A stretch of DNA of 61,305 bases, filler included, from Basidiobolus meristosporus CBS 931.73 (GCA_002104905.1; 4 parts of 4 records of this genome joined end to end with filler, not necessarily neighbours in it), one strand, 5' to 3'; positions 9,473 through 22,300 are shown, numbered from the whole stretch's first letter. Numbers and translations are program-made. The notes: generated by a model not told the origin, from the letters alone.

Positions 9473-11473
9473 GGAGACAGTCACCAACAGGTGAGATCTT
9501 TATTTCAGTTGAAACAAAGAAGCCAGCGCTACTGTTGTAGCTTTGATACAAGAGTGTGTAGCTGAGGGGAATTTGTAGGTAAGTTAATAAGAAGTGATGA
9601 TAGTTCTTCAGTGCTCAAGACACTGTTCAGTGGGAAGGGGGGTAGCAAGAGAGGTAAGAATGACTTGTGAACAACATTAACAAGGGGAATGTGATAAGGA
9701 TTGATATTCATCATAAAGGGAGTGTGCTGCTGCAGATATTGCTGCCAAAGGTCTGTCAAGTACTTCAGGTAGGCCAGCTTGGGTTTTTCTGACTGCAGAA
9801 TATAGTGAGCAAACTTCTTGACTTCAGGATCTCCAAGTATAGTTCTCCAGCAGGAGTCAGGTGTAGTGTGGTGTGTTCTCTTCCAGGCCTTAATCAGTGG
9901 GTTGTTGCAGTTGTGAAGTCTGAGGTATAATCTGGTTCTAAGGTAGAGAAGTCTGATCTTATAGGGCATAAACCCAAAAGCACCAAGAATAGCATGTCTG
10001 TAGGGGCATTCAGGCAAATGAGGCACCAAGGAGGTAATGCACCATACTGCAAACTTGTCAAGCTTAGTGCAGTCTCTAGAAGTAAGAGAGAGAAGTGGTA
10101 AGCCAAATTCCAGGACAGGGAAGACAAACTGCTTGAGTAGAAGGAGGCAGCTGGGAGCTGAAGTTGTAGGAGGAGTAACAGCCAGTAGCTTGTGGAGTGC
10201 CTGTCTTGCCAGGATAATTCTCTTCTTCAGGTGTGCTCCAGAGTCTAGTCCAGTTGGAAGGAAAGGAAAGCCAAGATATGTAGCAGAAGCCTGAGCAGGT
10301 AGAGTGGAGTTCTCCAAGTTGATGGGAGAGCCCAAAGGTACTGTCTTTGCAATGGAAAGCTGGAGATTATTCTTCTGCAGATACTGGTGGATGGTCTGGG
10401 AGTCTTGTTGCACATTGGAGGAGGATATTCTGATGTCATCAGCAAAGAGAGTAACCAGGCAGTTGGCTGAGAGTCTTGGGAAATCATTCAGGAAGATGGC
10501 AAACAGTATAGGACCAAGCACAGAGCCTTGAACCACTCCATAGGAACTGAGAACACAGCTGATTGCTCACTTGGGTGCAGAATTCTTGCTTGTGGATCCA
10601 GAAACAGAGACCTGACAAGGAGGGTGAGAGAGGTACTGGAGAAACATTGCAACTTGGACCAGAGCAGATTTCTGTCAACTGAATCAAAGGCCTTAGTAAT
10701 ATCAAACAGAACTGAGGGATACTTGCACTGGAGAGAGTGATCTTGGCTAAGTATGACTGCATATTCCAAGGAGAGGCCAGGAATAAAGCCAAACTGTGCA
10801 GGATAAAACTTGAGGGAGTCAGAGTAGAGCTCCTGAGCAAGCAGAAGCTCAAACACCTTTCTGCAGGTGGGCAGCAGAGATATTGGCCTATAGGAGCTAG
10901 GATCCAGGTGCTTTCCTTTACCCTTGTACAGTGGCAGAACATTTGCAAAGGACCATTCCTCAGGAGTAGAAAGCTGGGCTGAGCATTGCTGAAACAGTGG
11001 AAGCAGAAGTGCAGACATGGCCTTGGTACTAGTCTTCAGAAGCTCATAGGAGATTGTGTCCACACCTGGAGCAGTAGAGTTGGGAAGCCTCTTGAGCACA
11101 TTATGGATTCTCCTTTGATCAAGTGCAAGTGGGATGGGCAGAGTCTTGAAGTCAGGATGAAAGCCAGGAGTTGAGTACTGCTTTGTAGAGAAGAAGATGT
11201 TAGCCAGCTGTTCTGTTGAAGGTAACTTCCTGGAAGAGGGCCTCATTGCCCTGTAGAGTCTTGATACTGTTCTTGTTATAGAGTTGGAAGATTGCAGAGG
11301 CAAAGAACTCATAATATGATCCCAGAGCTGAGTATGCAGAGTGTGGTGAATTGCCTTGGAGTGGTGTATTGCTGTCAGGAGGAGTTTCTCTGTTTTTTGG
11401 GTTAGGGAAACTCAGGTAGCTTTGTTGCAGGGCTGAAAACAATGGATTCCCATTTTCTTGAGGTAACAGCAGT
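9449..11473 (-). mobile_element. Non-LTR retrotransposon (LINE family 1), near-intact RT ORF with one frameshift; 5' part lost in gap
   Basis: ORFs 10488..11312 (APGVDTISYELLK, YRPISLLP, QFGFIPG, FDITKAFDSV) and 9529..10536 (VQGSVLGP, LFADD, YLG) join by a 1-nt frameshift near 10540. The frame extends upstream to the gap with one TGA. No C-terminal CCHC or restriction-like endonuclease motif is seen. The 3' UTR is 56 nt plus tail. Confidence 0.92.
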
Positions 11474-11573
11474 NNNNNNNNNNNNNNNNNNNNNNNNNNN
11501 NNNNNNNNNNNNNNNNNTTAATTAATTAANNNNNNNNNNNNNNNNNNNNNNNNNNNNNNNNNNNNNNNNNNNN
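11474..11573. other. Scaffold gap with TTAATTAATTAA spacer
   Basis: N-run with a central all-frame-stop linker; identical construct at 31350-31449 and 50140-50239. Confidence 0.95.
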
Positions 11574-12232
11574 ACAATAAAGTGCAGAATCTTAGAATTG
11601 TCACAGAGCGGGGGAACTATTTACAGAGAGATTCTGGTCTGGTATTGGTCTTGTATATTATTGGCTTTGGCTACAAGGGCAATGGAGCTGATTTGCTGTG
11701 CAGGCTAGACTTGGTGTTCTTGGGAGTGCTAGATATGCTGAGCTTGGGTAGAAACTAGAGCAGATATGATGATTTCTTAATTTTGCTGAGACATTTACTA
11801 TACCAAAAGTTCCAGTAAGCTACATCAATACTTTTCTGATCAAGTTAACCTATTAAGTGCCAAAAGACTGGATTAATTGATATCAGTTTGGGTGTTGATA
11901 GGTGCATAAGTTAAATCCAAATTGCAAAATCAATCAGCTAATTTCTTGGCAACTGCTGTGTGGTCCAATATATCTTACATAACTATATCACTTAGGAAGG
12001 CTTGGCAGATAATGCAAAGGCTGTATCAAAGCTGATCAGGTGTGACAGCTAAAAGTAAGTTCAGAGGTGGAATAAAACAAACCATAACTAGGATTAGCTA
12101 TGTTTGGGTAATGGATATCAGTTGGGATACTAGAATTTCTGACATAATAAAACAGTCTAAGTTTTAAGCATTGATGCACAATTTCACTTTCTCCTGGAAG
12201 AGAAGTTTTCTGATACCGTCTTGGTTTCCCTG
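11574..12232 (-). mobile_element. Second chromovirus 3' end (probable LTR plus last ~50 nt of pol)
   Basis: Aligns with 7180-7860. Confidence 0.75.
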
Positions 12233-12524
12233 GTTGTAAAAATTTGTAATTCCACCTAAATATTAACCTAACTTAGTCACTTAGATCATTACATTCTAAT
12301 ACTAGAGAATACTGATCAAGATCCTTGTTGGGATTCACTTTGAGAATTTTCATGTTCTGGGTACCTGATATTTGGTGAAAATATTCTAAGTTGACCAAAC
12401 AGCCACAAGCTTTGCACACATGTTCTTGGGACCTTTCTAAACCTACCCTATGTATGTGTTATGCCAAGACCATGTAAGAGTATAAAGTCTACTCTTACAC
12501 TCATTAGTTCAATAAGTGAAAAAC

Positions 12525-15500
12525 TGTTGTAAGAGTCCTGGAGATATTGGAAGTGATTTGGAGAACAAGTAGATTATGTGGTTTTCACTTACTGATTTAT
12601 TGAATGTAAAAGTAATATTTATACTTTTACCTGGTCTTGGCATTAAAAACACATAGAATAGGTTAAGAAAGATCCCAAGAACATGTGTGCAAAGTTTGGG
12701 GCTGTTTGGACAACTTATCTAATCTTCATGTTCTGGGTACCTGGGATTTTGGTGAAAATATTCTAAGTAAATCCCAACAAGGAATTTGGTCAGTATTCTC
12801 TAGGATTTGAGGGTAATGATCTAAGTGACTAAGTTAGGTGAATATTTTGGTGGAAATATGAATTTTTTACAACACTCCCACTCAGCTAAATGTTCATACT
12901 GACTAGTCCTAATTTTGACCTAAAATATTCAAACTTGTCTCTAGCTAATGGTTTGGTAAATATGTCTGCAATCATTTCATCTGTAGGACAGTAAACTAAG
13001 CTAACTAGGCTACTATCTATAGCTTCATGTATGAAATGATGTCTAATATCTATGTGCTTAGTTCTAGCATGAAAAGTTGGATTTCTACCTAATTGTATAC
13101 ATCCTTGATTATCTTGAAATAAAGTAATGGGCGTTTTTTGACATAGGCCTAAATCTGTAAAAAGCTTTCTTAGCCACATTGCTTCTTTTGTAGCTTCAAA
13201 GGCTGCCATGTACTCTGCCTCTGTGGTAGAAAGTGCTATGGTTGGTTGCTTTCTTGAATTCCATGAAATTGCTCCTTTAGAGTAAAGAAAGGTGTATCCT
13301 GTGGTGGATCTTCTGTCTTCCAAATTTTGTCCCCAATCAGCATCAGAGTATCCCACAAGATCCTGTTCTGAATCCTTATAAGTGTATCTTAAGCAGACAT
13401 CAGCAGTTTCTTTTAGGTATCTAAAAATCCACTTAACTGCTGCAATATGATCAGATCCATAGTTCTGATTATGTTGGCTGACAACTCTCACTGAATATGA
13501 GATATCTGGACGTGTTCCAAGCATGATATACATTAGACTGCCAACCATAGATTGATAAGGAAAGTCAGGGCTTTCAGATGGCACCAAGCTCTCTTGATTT
13601 GGTTGAGTTTTGACCAAGTTAAGGTTTGTCTCCATTGGGGTAGCTGCTGGTTTACAGTCTTCCACTTAGTACTTCTTTAGTATATCCTGAATATACTTGG
13701 ATTGGCATAGGGTAATAGTCTGGGTACTTCTGTCTATGGAGAACTTAATCCCTAAGTAGTAACTGAGTTCTCCTAGATCAGACATCTTGAGCTCTTTAGA
13801 TAGGCTGGATTTAGTCTCTTCCAATGTTGCTAGGTTATTGGCGGCTATAATAAAATCATCCACATATGGAGCTAATAGAACTGGACTTGCTCTATCTGGC
13901 TTGTAGTATATACTATAGCTAGCATTACTCCTTTTGAAACTCAAAGATTCCAAATATGAATCTATCTTGCATTTCCAGGCTCTTGGTGATTGTTTGAGAC
14001 CATTTAGTGACTTTTTAAGCTTGCAGAGCAAATGGGGGTTATCTTGGTCAACAAACCCATCAGGCTAGTCAAATATACACATCCTCATCAAGTTCTCCAT
14101 TCAAAAATGCAGTTTTTTCATCCATTTGATGAATAAAAAACTTATATTTGGCTGCAATAGCCAATATTAGTCTGATGGAATTAAACTTGGCTACCGGTGC
14201 AAAGGTCTCAGTATAGTCAAGTCCTTTTGTTTGAGAGTCTCCTTTGGCTACAAGTCTTGCTTTGTATCTTTCAAATGTACCATCAGCCTTGTATTTTGTC
14301 TTGAAGACCCATCTGCATCCAATTGATTTTTGGTTGATTGGTAATTTGACTAAGTCCCAAGTTTGATTTTCCATCAGGGCCTGATATTCCTCAGTCATTG
14401 CAGATCTCCAAAACTTTGTTGGAGGGCTATTTAGGGCCTCTTTTGCAGTCTGGGGTTCATCAATATGGACTGAATAGGCAAAGGCTAAGTTTGTACCCTC
14501 ATTGATATAGTAATTTGGGTTATTTCTTGTCCAATTGGATCTCCGGGCATTTGATACTGGAATGATCACTTCTGGGATATTCCTGGGCACAAATTCTGGC
14601 TGAACCATGGTTGTAGAGTCCTCTGGAGTGAAAAAATTATCATTGTTTTGCTCTGATTCAATCCTAACAATTGGTGAACTTGAGATCAAAATTTTGTCAT
14701 CATCTGATGTCATTTTTTGTGAATATTTTGAATTTTCATCAAACAACACATCCCTGGACTTGATCAGCTTCTTTGCTTTGGTATTGTAGAGTCTGTATGC
14801 CTTACTCTCATTGCAGTAGCCCAAAAATATGCATTTTACACTTTTTGGTTCCAATTTGACTGATTTCCGGTGTGGTGGTGTATAGGTCCAAGGGAGAGAT
14901 ACGTCCAACACTTCTCAAGTGTTTTGTGTGTGGGGTGTTCACTGGGTGCAATAACCTCTGGCAAAAGCTTGCTAGGAATACTTGGGTTCTGTTTCTAATC
15001 TAATGTGAAGGGGAATAAAGCCACAAGCTTGTCAAGGGAAAACTATTGAGCTACAATCCCCAACTTAGTTGGCATCTTAACAAAAGTATGTGCTGGGTTC
15101 AGTATACTTTGAGATGACAATGTACTAAAGCTTCCAAAGTGAAAACAATTGTAAACTCCACCAGCAGGGACTTGATAAGAATGCAGCTGTGGTCAATAGT
15201 TACAAAGACAGAAAAGTATCTTTGCCTGTACAAGAACAAACTTGGGAAAGAATCAAATATAATAAAAGATACCTACTCTGAGTATTCCTCACAAGTAGTG
15301 CCTCCAAGGTCAGTTGGCTGTCAGCGCGGTTTCCTGGGAGTGTCCTGTGGTCTTGGGTTGGAAGTTCAGGTAGCAGCAGGTAGCAGTGATCACACTAATC
15401 AACAAGTTGGTATATTGATAAAAGGGATGATGATTTATTGTTGAGGGATAGCCTCCCTTATATACTTTTCTTACTGGCAAAGTGATTACTAATCATGGTG

Positions 15501-18282
15501 TTCCAGAAGGTTCCGGATATCAATAGAAATCTTAATGACATCAGAATGACCTAAGAATGTTCTAAGTAGGTGCCGCAAGGTTCTAAGAGGCACAGCACAT
15601 CCAACCAATCAGGAATCAGTATTCTGAAACCTGTGTAACATGGGAATACCATATATGGTATGGAAATGGTAGGGATGGTGACACGGGTTGATCATGTGTC
15701 ATGGGTACTGGCGCGGGTACTTGCCTAATATAGAAGCACTTGTAGCTAGTAATCTTACATAAAGTGAGGGGTAACTTATGCAATAAGGCAAGCAGGTGTG
15801 ATAGTCAACCGGCTTATGGGATAGTACTGATTGGGTAAGACAAATGGGATAAAACTAAAATGAGTGTAGTAGGGATATAGGGAAGTAGAAAATAAGGGAA
15901 TGAGCACATCTGTCAGTGGGTGTCACTGTCACCCCACTACACCAGCCAGTTTTTTGGCATATGCTGTACACCCAAATATTCTTAGATGTTCTGCACTTGG
16001 TCTGTATCCATGCCATGCTTCAAATGGAGTAGAATCACAAAGTATTCTGTTATAACTCCTATTTTTAAGGTACACAGCAGTGGCAACTGATTCTGCCCAA
16101 AATCATAGGAAATTTTTGATCATGGATCATAGATCTTGTCATATCAATTATTGATCTGTTAGCTTGTTCTGCTACTTCATTTTGCTGTGGGGAGTATGGT
16201 ACAGTAGTCTCTTGCTTTATCCCATGAATTTTGCAGAAGTGGATGAAGAGTTTTGAGGTATATTCTCCACCATTGTCAGAGTGTATTTTCTTGATTTTTT
16301 CCCCAGTTATTCTCTCCACCATGGCTTTAAACTCCCTGAACTTAGACAGAGCTTCTTCCTTTCTCTCCATGAAGTAGACCTATGTGTATCTTGTATAATC
16401 ATCAATAAAAGTGATTAAATACTTCATCCTGCTTAAGGATAAATTTTGCCTTGGTCCACACAGATCTGAGTGAATTAGATCTAATTTTTTCTTAGTTTTG
16501 ATTAACCCAGAGCTCTTGAACAGTTGTCTGGCTTGTTTTCCATATATGCAGGCTTCACAGTACTCCAAATTAGCTGGGGGATCAATTTTTACTCCAGAAA
16601 TTAGCTGATCTTTGATCATTTTGCGCAAATAATCAAAATTGATATGCCCAAATCTCCTGTGCCAAAGCATTGGTGTTTCTTCATTTAAGTTACTTATATT
16701 GGCTTCCAGATATGATGGAATATAAGTCAACTTGTATGGATTCTGATCTCTGATGCCTGAAGCAATATGAGCACCATTTTGATCAGTGATCCTGCATCCA
16801 GAATTGTCAAAACTGAAACTGAGTCCTTCTGCTGTGGCCTTGCTCACAGAGAGTAGGTTCTTGGCTATTTCTGGTACATAGAGTACTTCTTTGAAAGTCA
16901 GTGTATGGCTTCCTTCACTGCTTCTAAGGTTTACTTGGATAGCTCCTTCTCCCACTGCATCAAGTGTTCTATCGTCACCCATGAAAATCTTCTTAATTGG
17001 AATTTCTTGATATTGGCTAAAAAGTTCTTTTTGGTGTGTAAAGTGTTGAGATGCTCCAGAATCAATATACCACGTCAGTGAATCCTTGTTTGTGGTCATA
17101 TTTAGTGCAGATATGAATAGTCTATCTTCAGTTGTTGCAGCATTTCCATATTCAGGCTTCTTTTGCTGCTAATCTCTCTTTTTGAGACACTGGTCTGATG
17201 TGTGTCCTTTCCTTTTGCAGTAGATGCAAAATAGATTGCCGTTGCCTTTGTGGTGTCTTGGGTACCTCCTTTGTTAGTTATCATTGCTAATTAAAGCATT
17301 TTCTTCTTCCTTCTTATAAGCACTTGATTTTCTTAATTCTTCATCCAGGAGCCTTCCATATACGTAATTTAAGGTCAAGTCTTCAGTTCTGGACTCTAGG
17401 GCTGATACAAGTCCCTGATACTTGTCTGTCAGGCTATTCAGGATGGTAGCTATCACATCCTCATCAGTAGTTGGTACACCCACAGATCCCATCTCATCTA
17501 CCAGCAGGGTAATTCTATTAATTAGCTTTTTCATTTCTTCTCCTGGCAGCATCTTTGTAGTAAAGAATTTTTGTCTCCGATACATTTTCTTAGCAGCTGA
17601 ACATGACTGGTAGATGTCTTCTAATGCCTTCCAGGCATTCTTTGCTGTTTTTGCTCTTGAGCATTGAATTAGCAATTTGTCTTTAACATTAAGGCAAATG
17701 CAGTTAAAGGCACTTTGTTCTTTCTTCTGGTACTTTAAGGAATCTCTCCCATGCTTTTAGGAGGGCATTCTTCTCCCATGACAATATCCCAAAGGCCTCT
17801 TTCTTGTAGCAGCATCTTCATTTTCACCTTCCACACTTGGTAGTTAGAGCCATCCAACTTTTCAGCAGAGGGAAGAATTCCAGTAATAGCAGTAGTAGAC
17901 ATTGCAGAGAGTGATAGCTTGGGGCTCATAACCTGTTGTAAGAGTCTTGGAGATATTGGAAGTGATTTGGAGAACAAGTAGATTATGTGGTTTTCACTTA
18001 ATGATTTATTGAATGTAAAAGTAGTATTTATACTTTTACCTGGTCTTCACATTACAAACACATAGAATAGGTTAAGAAAGGTCCCAAGAACATGTGTGCA
18101 AAGTTTGGGGCTGTTTGGACAACTTATCTAATCTTCATGTTCTGGGTACTTGGTATTTTGGTGAGAATATTCTAAATAAATCCCAACAAGGAATTTGGTC
18201 AGTATTCTCTAGGATTTGAGGGTAATGATCTAAGTGACTAAGTTAGGTGAATATTTAGGTGGAATAACAAATCTTTACAACA
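12525..18282 (-). mobile_element. Full-length degenerate Ty1/copia element A1
   Basis: LTRs at 12525-12874 and 17934-18282 (TGTTGTAA...TTACAACA), TSD AAAAC on both sides, PBS GGTTATGAGCCCC, PPT AGTGGGAG. Fragmented gag/PR (WYIDSGAS)/IN/RT (YVDD)/RH ORFs have many stops and frameshifts. Confidence 0.95.
14871..15941. mobile_element. Solo LTR (1071 bp, orphan family C) inside copia-A1 integrase
   Basis: TGTGGTGG...CCACTACA termini; flanks CCGG / CCAG; the empty site GATTTCCGGCCAG is seen in A3 (~28971-28983); inverted copy at 57679-58748. Confidence 0.88.
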
Positions 18283-18429
18283 AAAACAACATAATCTATT
18301 TGTTTACCCTATCACTGCTAATATCCCCAAAACTTGTACAAAGGATATGAGCACTAGGCTATCACTCTCTGCAATGTCTACTACTATTAATACTGGAACT
18401 TCTTTCTCTGCTGAAAAGGTGCATGGATC

Positions 18430-19740
18430 TTACCACCCAGTGTGGAAGGTAAAAATTAATATATCCCCAATGCAGATAATAATATGCCTTTTTACATGAT
18501 GGCCATTTACCGTTATCCTGCTGGAAAGCATACAAAATTCATCCAGCAATGGATACAGGTAGCTATCCAGGCTGGACAGTGATATAGGCCCAGATACCAG
18601 TGAGACTACCATCAGATTATTGCTCTGATACCGCATGATAGGCAACAGATTCAGATTGATGAGAATCAGTGACCAGCAGGATTTGCTGGTAGAGTACTTG
18701 TTTAATGAGAATCCATCAAGTGCTAAGGTAAAGGCATGGTCATGCATACCTTCAAAGTAGCCCTTGCCTCTTAGCTGTTTGTAATGTTTTCCATGGAGTA
18801 TATTGGATATGTTTGCGCTTGGTTGATACTGAGTGCAATACTGTATATCCTTGCAATATTTGTTGGACTGCCTCAGCTTCCTCAGACAGGGTATTACCAG
18901 AATATATTTGGAGTGTGAACAATGTTCTCCCTCAGTGATGGTGGATTCCTGACAATTTGGACACATTACAATGGTAGCATTTTTGAATGTGAATGCCATG
19001 CAACTGTTAACACATGCTGAAATCAGGACAGTTTCTGGATCATATGTTGCCAGCTGCATGATGGTTGTCCACTTGTTCCATGTACATGGTAAGCTGCATC
19101 CCAGATTGACATTGGCAAGAAGTAGTAATAAATCCTCAAAGCTCCCATTACTGCTATCAGTGAACACACACCACTTCTCTAGCCAAAGCATTACATTATC
19201 TACCAGTAGATGGATTACTGGGCTCACTTGGCTTCATAAAGTCTCCTTAGCATTTGTTTCAATGGGTGTTGTCTCATTGCATATAGGGATTTGACTAGGC
19301 GCATATGTGGTACTGTTGTCAGGGGAGATAGGCTCACATTCCATCAGTGAACCTTCTGTGTCCAAGCTATTGTTCTGCATGCCATATTCAGGAGGCTGAG
19401 GTGAGCCTAAAGGTATGACAAAACTTGCCTGACTCAGTTTGCACAAGGTGACAAAGACAGCCAGGTGCCAATATAGAAGTATTAACTGGCTGGCAAGATA
19501 ATGCTGGTACATTTATGACTAATGAATGGTCCTATATACCTTGTGTGGCAAAACACAGGCTATCATTTGTGCAATACTTCCTATGTTGTCTGTGTGCTCC
19601 ATGGCTGAGCAGCCTGCTACAATAGCCACATAGTCTTTTTTCTCCTCTCTTATGATGTTGAATTAAAGTAGTCTTGTCCATGGGGCAAACAGTTTGACCT
19701 TCAACAATGTAACGCCATTATATCACTTTTTGGTCAATAC
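18430..19740 (-). pseudogene. Tnp2-family (Transposase_21-like) transposase
   Basis: NILHGKHY..L...GYF, LALDGF, CWSLILINLNLLP..RY, GP..LDSYLYPLLDEF and IICIGD are typical EnSpm/CACTA transposase blocks; several stops. Confidence 0.85.
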
Positions 19741-19817
19741 TCATGTGAATTTACAAAAGTCTTGTATTTTAGACATTGCACCTACATGAATGTAAGATTC
19801 AATGATGACCTGCCATA

Positions 19818-21967
19818 GTGAGCATTATAAATAAAGTTGTGGCACCACATACACACATATATGTAGCACTATTTCCTGTTTGGTTTGACTCACTCCCACA
19901 TATATACTGCCAAAAAATAAAGCAAAGTCCTCTGGTTCCCAACCAAACCCCACTGCTGACAGCAACAGAAGAAGGGTTGGACAACAGATTGCTTTGGCAT
20001 TCAGTGCAACAAGTGGGGCTACATTCATAAAATGCCATGTTGACAGTGTGCCCACTGAAAGTAATAATGCAGACTCCTCAGGCTCTCTGTCAAGTATGCA
20101 ACTGAGAACCTCTGCAGAGCCACAAGCTAACTGTTATGCTCAGGCAGATGAGAATGTAGCAAATGCAGTACCCTCAGTTGAAGACCAGCAGGTGGCTGTC
20201 ATAACATCACCACCACCAATATTAGCAAGTATATTGTCAGCCCATACCAAAGCATTAATGAAGCAATTAGGTGCAGTTTCTAATAGGATAGATGCAATGG
20301 CCCAGAGAAATCAGGAAATAGTCCAGAAACAGGATGAGCAGATAACACATGTAGAGCAATCAATATCTCAGGTAGAGCAAGTAGTATCCTTGCTGCAAAG
20401 TGGGAACTCAAGTAGCTCAATATCACAGCCAAGAGTTGAGCCATTTCCCAATTAAACAGAAGAGGAAAACTGTACAGTCTTTGAAGCACAACAACTGCAC
20501 CCAAAGATAAAGCCCACAGAAAAACCAATCACAGCATGAGAGGGAGACAATGTGGTGCTTATACTAAAGCCAAAAAATCAAAAGACACTGAAGATTGATG
20601 AAGCTGTTGAGTGCAATAATGAAGAATGGGATAATATTCAAGAGGCCATCAGAAGTCTAGCATGCCATCACCTTAAGGCCAGCATACCATGGGACCATCA
20701 GGAACTTGAGGCCAAGCAGAATGCACTTGACTTGTTCCATGAGCATTATCCTGGATTCAAACAGGCCAACAGATTTTGGGCCTGCATTGGTACGCTATGA
20801 AAGTATCTCAAGAATAGCAGAAACTCTCAAAGGCAGAAGTACAAGGGTGCCATGGCAAAAAACCAGCAGCTTCCTCAAGAGCCTGTTACAAGCAGGGCTA
20901 AAAGCTCCAGACAAGTGTCAAAGAGACAGGTAGCTGGAAAAGTGCCAATTAAGGACAAGCAGGCAGACACAGATGCACCAGCACAACATTTATCAAGGAA
21001 AAAGCGTAGTATCACTCAACAAGCACTTAATCAAAGTGGCAGTGAAGGACCTGGCAGTGATAAAAACCAGCAGCATTTGCAGCAGCCTGTCACAGCTTTG
21101 GTTAAGAGCTCATATCAAGCGGAAAAGAAATGTCAGGTTGCCAGAAGAGTGCCAGCAAGAGACATGCAGGCCAAAACAGATGTCTCAGAGTAGAATTTAT
21201 CAAGGAGAAAATGTAGTCTTTACAAGAAGCACTCAGACAAAGTAGCAGTGAAATACCTGGCTGTGACAATGTAAAAGGTAAAGGGCAAAAATAACTTCCC
21301 ATGCCTGAGACAGGGAGGCATGCAAAAAAAAGTGCAGTTCTTGCCAATTAATGCTGCAAGCCAGGAACAGACTGAATCCCATCATAGCCAAGAAGAATTA
21401 CCAACAAGAAAACAGCTGTTTTCACAAGAGTTGAAAGTGCAGCCAGTTGAGCTACACTCCAGCAAGGTAGATCAGTTTGCAGAAAAAGGCAATTTGTCTT
21501 CCTCAGCCTCCACATTCTTCATTGTTGACAGAGTGGAGATCCCACTGACAGACAAGGCTACAATTTCAAGAACTAAAAAGACTATCACAATGCCTTCAGA
21601 GAAATTTTGGAATATTAATAGGCACACCAAGAGGTTCCAGCACTTCTTCAAGAGTAGTGCTCAAGAAATCACACTTGAATATTGCAAAGACTTATTGCAA
21701 AGACTGGCAGATGCGGTGCTAGACCTTGCAGTGCCAGCTAAAGACCAGGACATGTGGGAATCAGTGAATGAACAGTGGCATAAAGCCATTGGGTTCCCAC
21801 CAAAGTTGTGGAACCAGAGCATTACAGCAGAAATACTTATTAAGTGGAGGACTTTAATGGAGTTACTTGTTGAGTATGTGGTTGCTCTTAATATTAGTGT
21901 AGCGTATGGGGACTTGCATAGGCCAATACAATTGGCAATTGAGGTACAACTGAAGTTTCAATGGTGA
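19818..21967 (+). pseudogene. Fragmented accessory ORF(s) of the CACTA element, unknown function
   Basis: ORFs 19818..20030, 19994..20455, 20552..20800, 20852..21193 and 21320..21967 are homologous to 56412..56948, 57115..57567 and 58749-59290 in copy 2. Confidence 0.6.
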
Positions 21968-22300
21968 TAAATCAATATGTACACTTGAAAAGTAAGAGAA
22001 ATGGTTGAGTCAGGAAGTAAGGAGTGTGAAAAAGAGGCAATAGTCAATCAATGAGCATAAATATAGGAGGTGATAGAGTGTCTGGGATCAGAAAGTGAGC
22101 AAATTGAGAGGGAACCAATGAAAATCCACCTTTGCATTGTTGTGATGAAAAATTCTGACTAAGTTTTCTGTGAAATCTGGGGTGCAATTATTTTCAACAG
22201 TCTCTGGATGGTGTCCTGACAGGATCAGCACCTCTTAGTTGTAGGACTTTAGCTTTGTGACAGCCTTTTGATGGGATTATTACAATAATTCCTCATAAGG

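Larger units (their letters stand above)
12233..18340 (+). mobile_element. Old copia-A LTR split by insertion of copia-A1 (parts 12233-12524 and 18283-18340)
   Basis: ...tcaataagtgaaaaac | aaaacaacataatctattt...atatccccaaaacttgtaca reconstitutes the copia-A LTR in the orientation opposite to A1. Confidence 0.65.
18340..22300 (-). mobile_element. CACTA/EnSpm-type DNA transposon copy 1 (left end lost)
   Basis: Tnp2-type transposase remnants on the minus strand, divergent accessory ORF remnants on the plus strand, right terminus ...ATTACAATAATTCCTCATAAGG at 22300; collinear with 54700-59300. Confidence 0.75.

Noticed and set aside
9894-11174. Many overlapping and antisense ORFs over RT/pol genes (here and at 42376-45097, 27342-30648)
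   Set aside because: Shadow frames of real coding sequence with no domain signatures.
11518-11529. Palindromic TTAATTAATTAA recurring three times (also 31394-31405, 50184-50195)
   Set aside because: Always centred in 100-nt N-runs: an all-frame-stop scaffolding linker, not biological.
15139-15444. Conserved ~100-aa ORF in both LTR-C copies (also 58176..58448)
   Set aside because: Similarity is explained by nucleotide duplication; non-ATG start and no recognisable motif.
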